From Xenococcaceae cyanobacterium MO_188.B29 (lineage in GTDB: Bacteria > Cyanobacteriota > Cyanobacteriia > Cyanobacteriales > Xenococcaceae): a stretch of 64,000 bases of DNA. Location: assembly GCA_030065155.1 (NCBI GenBank), contig JASJDI010000003.1, forward strand, positions 962 to 64,961. Direction: 5' to 3'. Position 1 is the stretch's first letter; every line of letters begins with the position of its first letter. Below are positions 48,152-56,086 of this stretch, one piece after another. The notes beneath the pieces are model-generated. The model saw only the letters and a list, made by a program, of their open reading frames with translations. It was not told the DNA's origin and made no database searches. Both the position numbers and the translations under genes were made by a program.

Positions 48152-49678
48152 ATGAAACCAAAAACAAGCAGAAGAAGCAGGGGTGTAATTCTCACCCTCG
48201 AAGGCTGGGATAAACTTCAAGCAGCCAAAAGTGAAGCCGAGTTTGAGGATAATACTGGGGGTGAACGATTTTCTTTGGAAGAACTTAGCGATCGCATGAG
48301 TTTATCACTGCACACTGTCTCCAGAATATTGGGGCGATCGGAACCAGTAGATAAAGGTTCGTTGCAAAAAGCCTTCGCTGCCTTTGGATTGGAATTGTCT
48401 AAAAGCTATTATACTCAACCTACTCCCCCATGTGACGATTTAGAAACCCGACAGGCTTCTCCAATGTATGACTGGGGAGAAGCACCCGATACTTCTATAT
48501 TTTACAATCGCTATGAGGAAATATCGCAATTACGACATTGGGTCTTAGAAGAAAGGTGTCGTTTAATAACATTGCTGGGAATTGGTGGTATTGGCAAAAG
48601 TACTCTAGCAGTAAAATTGGGGTTGCAAATTCAAGATGAATTTGAGGTAGTGGTGTGGCGAAGTCTGCAAAATGCACTACCAGTCGAAGATAAGCTTACA
48701 GATATACTGCAATTTTTGCTGTGGGCATTGCGAAAAGAAATGGTAATACCCCAGAACTTTGAGGGAAAACTATCGAAGCTGATAGAGTGTTTGGTAAATC
48801 ACCGTTGTCTGCTGATTTTAGATAATTTCGAGACAATTTTATCTAGGAAGAGTCAAGTAGGACAATGTCGTCTTGGCTACGAAGGATATGGTCAATTAAT
48901 CAAACTGATTGGAGAAGTACCTCATAACAGTTGTGTTTTCCTGACTTCCAGAGAAAAACCAAGAGCAATTTTACCTTTAGAAGGAGAAAGAACAAAAGTT
49001 AAATGTTTGCAGCTAGGAGGGTTAAATTCTCACGACGGACGGGAGTTATTCGAGCAAAAAGGACATTTTACAGGTACAGAACAAGAATGGAAAGTACTCA
49101 TAAAGCACTATGGTGGTAATCCCCTGGCGTTGAAGATAGTAGCAGCAGGGGCAAAGGAGCTTTTCAATGGTAAAATTTCCTCGGTTTTAGACTATTTGGA
49201 ACAGGGGGCATTTATTTTTGAGGAAATAGGCGACTTATTAGAATACCAGTTCCAACGTTTATCGGTAGTGGAAAAAGAGGTAATATATTGGCTGGCAATT
49301 AATCGAGAACCAGTATCCCTAGATGAATTAGCTGCCGACCTAGTTACATTTTCGTCCAAACATCAGTTACTCCACGCCATTAAATCATTATTGCAAAGGT
49401 CGTTGGTTAATAAGAACGGTGAGCATTTCTTTCTCCAACCAGTAGTACTAGAATACACTACACAGCGATTGGTCGATCGAATTTGTCAAGAATTAGTAGA
49501 AAAAAAGCGGATATCTTTACGCTTGTTTAAAAACCATGCCTTAATTAAGACAACATCTAAAGACCACATTCGGGAGACACAAAAGCAACATATTATACAG
49601 CCATTACTCGAAAAACTGTTAGTAGAGTTGGGCAGCCAGAAGACACATATAATCTTTCTTAGAAATTACTTAAGTTGA
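48152..49678 (+). CDS. HTH + NB-ARC (STAND) NTPase, apparently 3'-truncated (no repeat sensor domain)
   Basis: Track ORF starts at GTG 48143; ATG 48152 (MKPKTSRR) is preferred. N-terminal HTH-like region (LSLEELSDRMSLSLHTVSRIL), Walker A LLGIGGIGKSTLA, Walker B LLILDNFE. The ORF stops about where WD40/TPR arrays usually begin in this family. Confidence 0.7.
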   Translation: MKPKTSRRSRGVILTLEGWDKLQAAKSEAEFEDNTGGERFSLEELSDRMSLSLHTVSRILGRSEPVDKGSLQKAFAAFGLELSKSYYTQPTPPCDDLETRQASPMYDWGEAPDTSIFYNRYEEISQLRHWVLEERCRLITLLGIGGIGKSTLAVKLGLQIQDEFEVVVWRSLQNALPVEDKLTDILQFLLWALRKEMVIPQNFEGKLSKLIECLVNHRCLLILDNFETILSRKSQVGQCRLGYEGYGQLIKLIGEVPHNSCVFLTSREKPRAILPLEGERTKVKCLQLGGLNSHDGRELFEQKGHFTGTEQEWKVLIKHYGGNPLALKIVAAGAKELFNGKISSVLDYLEQGAFIFEEIGDLLEYQFQRLSVVEKEVIYWLAINREPVSLDELAADLVTFSSKHQLLHAIKSLLQRSLVNKNGEHFFLQPVVLEYTTQRLVDRICQELVEKKRISLRLFKNHALIKTTSKDHIRETQKQHIIQPLLEKLLVELGSQKTHIIFLRNYLS

Positions 49679-49782
49679 AATTAACTTGCTAAAGTTGCCT
49701 GGTACAAATAGAAAAAATTTGGCAACTTTAAATAATTAAGGGGAAATATTATCAATCTTTGGTGAAGAGTTTGCCGTAACTA

Positions 49783-52700
49783 ATGTTAAAGTTAACCAGA
49801 TATAGATTAAATATTGTTTTTGCATTAGGGTTAATCGCGCTCATTCCCTTTCCTGGAATGGCTCAGATTACGCCTGATGATACGTTGGGGAATGAAAGAT
49901 CGCAGGTCAACCGCAATGTCCAGGTCAGGGGCGGGAATGCCGATCGAATTGAGGGTGGAGCGACACGAGGCGCGAATCTGTTCCACAGTTTTCGAGAGTT
50001 TAACGTGAATGAGGGGCAGCGGGTTTATTTTGGCAATCCCTCTGGAATTGCTAATATTCTCGGTCGGGTGACGGGCAGGGATGTATCTGACATTATGGGT
50101 ACGCTGGGTGTGGATGGGGATGCGAATCTGTTTTTGCTCAATCCCAATGGCATTATTTTTGGACCAGATGCCCGTTTAGATATTAGTGGATCGTTTGTTT
50201 CCAGTACGGCAAATAGTTTTACGTTTTCCGATGGGACTGAGTTTAGTGCGACCAATCCAGGAAACTCGTCTCTGTTAAGTGTGAATGTGCCGTTGGGGGT
50301 GCAGTATGGACCGAATGCTCCAGGAGCGATCGCCAATGCTGGAACTCTATCTGTAGGACAGAACTTTACGTTGTCTGGGGGTAGCGTCACCAGTACGGGT
50401 CAATTGGCTGTACCGTCAGGGCAGCTTCTAATCGAAGGCGTTGCGGGAGATGTGCGGGTTAGGAATGCCAGCGCACAGACTGCGACTTTCTCGGCTAGTA
50501 ATAACCTGATTTTACAGGATAGTCAGCTTCAGACGGCAGGAGATTTGAACCTGTTGGCAGGTAATACGGTGCAGGTGCGGGATAGCGTGGCAAATCCCTT
50601 CGTTGCTTACTCTGGGGGGAATTTAACGGTTCAAGGCAATCAGGGTATTGATATTTTTGCATTGAATCATCCTTCTAGTGGGCTGGTTTCTGGTGGGGAT
50701 ATGGTGTTGCGATCGGCTAACACGGTAGGAGGAGATGCTCACTATTGGACGGGCGGTAACTTTCGGATCGAGCAATTGAATGGTGAGTTGGGTAGTCTGT
50801 TCAGTCCTTACGATCCTGTAATCCGTTCTATTGGAGATGTCAGTTTTGAGAGTTACGAAGGAGCTTCCTTGCATATTTTTGCGGGAGGAAGTGTGACTAT
50901 CGGTGGTAATGTAAGGATTACAGGTGTGGATGCAATGAATGGAATTTCTGATTCATTCAGTTTGGTAGACCCAAGCGATCCCACTGTTACAGTACCAGTA
51001 GATATTGATGGCGCATCTTTTCCAACACTCGATATCCGAGCAGGGATTACTGACAGCTCATTACTCACACCATCCCTGACACCAGAGACTAACTTTCCAG
51101 GGACAGGTACTCTCTCCCCTAATAATACACCTTCTTTAAATGAAGACCCTATTGGCTCAACTATTAGGATAGGTAGTATTACGAATCGTTCTCCTGGTGG
51201 TAGAGGACAAGTTCTTCTTACAAATCAGTATAGAAGTGATGGCTCAGTTCCAGGTTTAATTGAAATTACAAGTGGAATCATAGATCCACAAGCTACTAAT
51301 TTAGGTTCTCAATCTATTAGTGCCTATGGTAGTGATGTCATGATCGTATCTAGCGGTAATGTCAGAATTGCTAATGGTGCGATTACTGGTTCTGGTGGTA
51401 GTGACGGTGGTAGTATTCAAATCTATAGTGGTGATAGCATTACAACCGACAGCTTGCAATCGCTAGCTAATAATGGAAATGGTGGTAGTGTTACTCTTAG
51501 TTCGCTTGGCACTATTATGGCGGGCAATATAGTTTCTGTCACTACCGCCAACGGAGAAGCTGGCGGAGAAATCACCATCACAGCTAATGGCGGAGATATT
51601 AGGACAGGAGCTATTCGATCATTTGTCGGAAATTATGATAATGACACAGATGTATCAACTGGAGGTACTGGCAACGCAGGCGATATCAGATTAGATGCTC
51701 CCAATGGTCTCATTGATGTCAATGGTCGAATTGCCTCTTTTACAGGCAGTGGTAATGCCGGTAATATAAGCCTTAATGCTAGAGGTAATGTTGAAATCTT
51801 TTCTGCTCGATCGTTTGTAGGAAGCTATGATCCATCTAAAAATACAGATGAAAATCCCAGCGGTGGGGTTGAAACTGGAATTGGAAGTGCAGGAAACATT
51901 ACTATCAGCTCTTCAATCGGAGATATTACGTTAGATCCTAACGGTCCAAGAGATTTATTAGCCTTTAGCCGTGACTCTACTGAATTTAGTACGATTAGAC
52001 TTGATGCAGAACAAGGCTCTGTAACTCTAGATAGAGCAACATTTAATACCACAAATGAGGGTTCTGGTAATGCAGGTGATATTTATATTGGTGCTGAAGA
52101 TGAAATCAGGATTGTTAATAATAGCACAATCTCAACTGATGGAAACTTCGGACGAGTTTTTCTCGGACCAAACAGCGATGAACCAGACATTACATCCCCT
52201 CAGAGGATCACCATCACTGATAGTAGGATTACTGCGACTGAAAACATTGATACTGAGGATATTGTGGCAGGTGATATTTATATTGGTGCTGATGATGAAA
52301 TTCAACTTAACAACAGCGAAATCTCAACTGATGGAAACTTAGGGCGAATTTTTCTCGGACCAAACAGCGAAGAGCCAAACATCACCTCACCTCAGAGGAT
52401 CGCCATCACCAATAGTAGGATTACAACAAGATTAGAAGAAGAAGCAACTGGCACCAGTGGCGATATTAAAATCACTGCCGACTCATTTCGCCTCACAGAT
52501 GGTGCTCAATTATCTAGCAGTACTTTTGGAAATGGAGATGCTGGTGCGATCGAGATTAATGCTGAATATGAGGTGCTTATCACTGGAGCTGACACAGACA
52601 TCTTCAATCAAATTACGAGAAATGCAACTGGAGACGGCGGTAGTATTACAATCACTACAAACTCATTTGAACTCTCTGAAGGTGCCGAATTATCTGCCAG

Positions 52701-53973
52701 TACTTTTGGAACTGGAAATGCTGGTGCGATCGACATTAATGCTGAAGATGAGGTGGTTCTCTCTGGAGCGACTATTTTTAACAATGTGGAAGAAGGGGGA
52801 GTCGGTAACGCAGGAGATATTGATATTGATACCCCATCACTTACATTAAGCGATGGTGCTGAAATCCAATCTCTTGTGCGTGCGGGGAACATTAATACTC
52901 AAGAAGAAAGAGAAAGTCGTGTAAATGGAGGCACGATTACTGTTAAAGCTCGTGACATCGTCCTAAAGGATAAGAGCCAGTTTTTCACCCGTATAGAAGA
53001 GAATTCGGTAGGTACTGGTGGTAATATTAAAATTAATGCAAACTCACTTCGTATCAAAAATAACCTCACAGATACGGATAATAAAATATTTACAGTTTTG
53101 GATGCTCAAGCATTTAATGACTCAAGTAGTGCTGGAAGCATAACGATCGATGCTGACCAATTTAATCTCCAAAACAGCGGAGTGACAGTCAGCAATACAC
53201 AAGGAAAGGCAGGTAGTTTAAGCATTACAGCCAATTCTATTGAACTAGATAAAAGTGAACTATCGGCGATCGCTGGCGAGGGTGATTTAGGCAATATCGA
53301 AATAGAACTGTTAGGAACGCTGCTCCAGCTTTATGACAATAGCCTAATCTCAGCAGGCGCTGAGGGGGTAGGCAGTGGGGGTGACCTCACCATCAATGCA
53401 GAAAATGGTTTTGTGCTAGCCAATCCATATGGTAACAGCGATATCCTTGCTAATGCCTTTGAAGGAAACGGTGGTAACATCACCATCACAACCAACGCTA
53501 TTTTCGGTCTAGAAGAACGCAATCCTTTAACTGATTTAAGCGATATTAATGCTGACTCAGAATTTAATACACCAGGCAATATTGTCATCGATACGCTGAA
53601 CATCGATCCCACCCGAGGACTCAGTGAACTGCCGATCGAAATTGTTAATGCTGCCGATCTCGTTGCTGAAGGGTGCATTGGCAGCAACCGCAGTGGCGTT
53701 GAGTCTCAAGGAGAATTTACCCGCACCGGGCGAGGTGGGCTATCTCCCGATCCGACTGGCACCCTCACCGATGAATCGTTAATCGAGCGCTCTACCCCAG
53801 CGGATACAGACAATCGCTCTGGTACCGTTCCCTCAGAAACCTCCCCTCAGCCTTTGGTCGAAGCCCAGGGGTTAGCCCGCGATGCCAGCGGCAAAGTTTC
53901 CCTTGTCACCTATTCTACCAATCCCACAGTGCCCTCGCCCCTATTCAGCCCCAATACTTGCGATGCTCCCTAA
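49783..53973 (+). CDS. Two-partner-secretion exoprotein (TpsA) with filamentous-haemagglutinin N-terminal TPS domain and beta-helical repeats
   Basis: 1396 aa. Signal peptide. TPS domain motifs GANLFHSFREFNV, NILGRVTG, ANLFLLNPNGIIFG. Then hundreds of residues of G/N/S/T-rich beta-helix repeats with internal tandem duplications. Confidence 0.9.
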   Translation: MLKLTRYRLNIVFALGLIALIPFPGMAQITPDDTLGNERSQVNRNVQVRGGNADRIEGGATRGANLFHSFREFNVNEGQRVYFGNPSGIANILGRVTGRDVSDIMGTLGVDGDANLFLLNPNGIIFGPDARLDISGSFVSSTANSFTFSDGTEFSATNPGNSSLLSVNVPLGVQYGPNAPGAIANAGTLSVGQNFTLSGGSVTSTGQLAVPSGQLLIEGVAGDVRVRNASAQTATFSASNNLILQDSQLQTAGDLNLLAGNTVQVRDSVANPFVAYSGGNLTVQGNQGIDIFALNHPSSGLVSGGDMVLRSANTVGGDAHYWTGGNFRIEQLNGELGSLFSPYDPVIRSIGDVSFESYEGASLHIFAGGSVTIGGNVRITGVDAMNGISDSFSLVDPSDPTVTVPVDIDGASFPTLDIRAGITDSSLLTPSLTPETNFPGTGTLSPNNTPSLNEDPIGSTIRIGSITNRSPGGRGQVLLTNQYRSDGSVPGLIEITSGIIDPQATNLGSQSISAYGSDVMIVSSGNVRIANGAITGSGGSDGGSIQIYSGDSITTDSLQSLANNGNGGSVTLSSLGTIMAGNIVSVTTANGEAGGEITITANGGDIRTGAIRSFVGNYDNDTDVSTGGTGNAGDIRLDAPNGLIDVNGRIASFTGSGNAGNISLNARGNVEIFSARSFVGSYDPSKNTDENPSGGVETGIGSAGNITISSSIGDITLDPNGPRDLLAFSRDSTEFSTIRLDAEQGSVTLDRATFNTTNEGSGNAGDIYIGAEDEIRIVNNSTISTDGNFGRVFLGPNSDEPDITSPQRITITDSRITATENIDTEDIVAGDIYIGADDEIQLNNSEISTDGNLGRIFLGPNSEEPNITSPQRIAITNSRITTRLEEEATGTSGDIKITADSFRLTDGAQLSSSTFGNGDAGAIEINAEYEVLITGADTDIFNQITRNATGDGGSITITTNSFELSEGAELSASTFGTGNAGAIDINAEDEVVLSGATIFNNVEEGGVGNAGDIDIDTPSLTLSDGAEIQSLVRAGNINTQEERESRVNGGTITVKARDIVLKDKSQFFTRIEENSVGTGGNIKINANSLRIKNNLTDTDNKIFTVLDAQAFNDSSSAGSITIDADQFNLQNSGVTVSNTQGKAGSLSITANSIELDKSELSAIAGEGDLGNIEIELLGTLLQLYDNSLISAGAEGVGSGGDLTINAENGFVLANPYGNSDILANAFEGNGGNITITTNAIFGLEERNPLTDLSDINADSEFNTPGNIVIDTLNIDPTRGLSELPIEIVNAADLVAEGCIGSNRSGVESQGEFTRTGRGGLSPDPTGTLTDESLIERSTPADTDNRSGTVPSETSPQPLVEAQGLARDASGKVSLVTYSTNPTVPSPLFSPNTCDAP

Positions 53974-56086
53974 ATATTTTGCCTCTACTATCCATCTCTT
54001 AACCATCACTCTTGCCCTAGTCACCCTGAACTCGGTCTGCAAATCCCTGGAAGTGCAAGCCACCGAGTTAATGGACGGGTCTGACTATTCCCCACGACAG
54101 CCAACCCAGTCATCGGCAGGTAAATTTGCCGTTACCACCTCTCCTATCTTAGTTGCTCAAGCTTTTCCCAATCTTTCTCAAGATCTTCCCCGCGATATCC
54201 CGCCTCAGAGCATTCCCCGCGATCCCTCTCCAGACACAGAACCCCTGCCCACAGAACCTCCAACTCCTTTACCGCCTCCCGAACAACTACTTCAACCCTC
54301 TGAATCATCTCCTATTGCCCCTGACGTTACACCTAGCACAGCACCCCAAACCGTTTTTGTTGAAGAGTTTAGCGTCGTAGACAGCACTGTATTTGATGCC
54401 GATGAACTCGCTACCCTGGCTTGGCAAGCCACCACTTTAGACTCAGACACCGCGATCCCCGATTTAATTCGCTCTTATTTAGATTCAGATGCTGCGATCC
54501 CCGATTTTTGTAAAGATGATTCACGCTCTGACTCTTCAGAAACACCTGCCGAAGCATCTCAAGACACAGAAGATTCAGAAGACAGAGCAAGTACAATAGA
54601 CGCTCGAGCTTCCCCATCGCAGGAAACCACTGCTACCAATATAACCAATGTGTCTAGTACCCCAAAAAAAGGATGGGAACTCAGCTTCGAGCAACTCCTG
54701 CGGGCACGGTCTACTATTACTCAGCTTTATATCAAATGCGGTTACATTACCTCAGGCGCGATCCTGCCTCCGCAAACGCCAGAAGCTGAAAACAATGTAG
54801 TAGAGATTAAGATAGTTGAAGGTAGACTGGAAGACATTGAAGTTACAGGGTTACGACGACTCAATCCTGGCTATGTTCGCAGTCGCCTCGCCATTGCTGG
54901 ATCGGAACCACTTAACCGAAAACAGTTAGTGCGAGGATTGCAACTGCTGCAACTGAACCCGCTGATTCGCCGTATCTCCGCCGACTTGCAAACAGGAACT
55001 CGTCCTGCTACCAGTATTTTACGTGTAGAGGCTACCGAAGCTGATTCCTTTGATGTTACATTTGATTTAAATAACAATCGATCGCCCAGTGTTAGCAGTT
55101 TCCAACGGGGCATCACCTTCAACCAGGCAAACCTGTTAGGTTTTGGGGATGGCTTAAGTGTCACCTACGATAACACTGACGGTAGTAACAAGATTAGCAG
55201 CAGATATATCATCCCAGTCAATCCTCGCAATGGCACCCTGGCTTTTAGATATGACTACATCAACAGCGATGTGGTTGAATCCCCCTTTGACGTTTTAGAT
55301 ATTGAAGCAGAGTCTTCTTACTACGAAGTTACCTTTAGGCAACCAGTCTTCCAGATTCCCACTGAAGAATTTGTGCTGGGGCTGACCTTCTCGCGCCAAG
55401 AAAGCCAGACTGAGGTTGGATTCGACGATATTGGACCTTTTCCCCTCTCTCTAGGTGCAGATGAAGAAGGACGAACTAAAGTTTCCGCGATTCGCTTCAC
55501 CCAAGAATGGCTCAAGCGTACTCCCAGACAAGTACTGGCAGCTCGCTCTGAATTCAGCCTGGGACTCGATTTATTTGATGCTACTATCAATGATGACCCT
55601 TTACCAGATGGTCGCTTTTTTGTGTGGAGAGGACAAGGGCAATGGGTGCGTCAATTGAATGATTCAGGACTGCTGTTGCTGGTGCGTGGCAATGTACAAC
55701 TCACAGGGGATTCTCTGGTTCCTTTTGAGCAGTTTGCACTAGGAGGACAAGACACGATTCGTGGTTATCGTCAGGATGAATTAACAAGCGACAATGGAGT
55801 CTATGGTTCGGTTGAAGTCCGATTTCCAGTTTTACGTTTTAGCCAGAGGCAGGGCATATTCTACCTAATTCCTTTTTTCGATGTCGGTACGGGTTGGAAT
55901 AATGAATTCTCAGATAATCTGGAAGATACAACATTGGTAAGCACGGGGATCGGTTTGGGCTTGGACATCGGCGATGACCTGAGGGCACGAGTAGATTGGG
56001 GAATTCCACTAGTTTCTATAGATAGAGAGGAGCAAACATGGCAAGAAAACGGAGTATATTTTTCCATTCAATATTCACCTTTTTAA
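53963..56086 (+). CDS. ShlB/FhaC/HecB-family TpsB outer-membrane transporter with long Pro-rich N-terminal extension
   Basis: ATG 53963 (MLPKYFAST..., signal-like) is preferred over the track start 53882 and overlaps the tpsA stop by 11 nt. POTRA-like region (VVEIKIVEGRLEDIEVTG). C-terminal beta-barrel ending ...YFSIQYSPF. Confidence 0.85.
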   Translation: MLPKYFASTIHLLTITLALVTLNSVCKSLEVQATELMDGSDYSPRQPTQSSAGKFAVTTSPILVAQAFPNLSQDLPRDIPPQSIPRDPSPDTEPLPTEPPTPLPPPEQLLQPSESSPIAPDVTPSTAPQTVFVEEFSVVDSTVFDADELATLAWQATTLDSDTAIPDLIRSYLDSDAAIPDFCKDDSRSDSSETPAEASQDTEDSEDRASTIDARASPSQETTATNITNVSSTPKKGWELSFEQLLRARSTITQLYIKCGYITSGAILPPQTPEAENNVVEIKIVEGRLEDIEVTGLRRLNPGYVRSRLAIAGSEPLNRKQLVRGLQLLQLNPLIRRISADLQTGTRPATSILRVEATEADSFDVTFDLNNNRSPSVSSFQRGITFNQANLLGFGDGLSVTYDNTDGSNKISSRYIIPVNPRNGTLAFRYDYINSDVVESPFDVLDIEAESSYYEVTFRQPVFQIPTEEFVLGLTFSRQESQTEVGFDDIGPFPLSLGADEEGRTKVSAIRFTQEWLKRTPRQVLAARSEFSLGLDLFDATINDDPLPDGRFFVWRGQGQWVRQLNDSGLLLLVRGNVQLTGDSLVPFEQFALGGQDTIRGYRQDELTSDNGVYGSVEVRFPVLRFSQRQGIFYLIPFFDVGTGWNNEFSDNLEDTTLVSTGIGLGLDIGDDLRARVDWGIPLVSIDREEQTWQENGVYFSIQYSPF

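Noticed and set aside
50025-53687. Many alternate-frame and antisense ORFs inside tpsA (e.g. 50025..50390, 52055..52342, 52457..52849, 53331..53687)
   Set aside because: The repetitive beta-helix coding sequence keeps several frames open. Only the TPS-domain frame has a signal peptide and family motifs.
53882-53962. Upstream start (53882) for the TpsB gene
   Set aside because: It would add 27 residues translated from within tpsA. ATG 53963 is followed directly by a signal-like hydrophobic segment.
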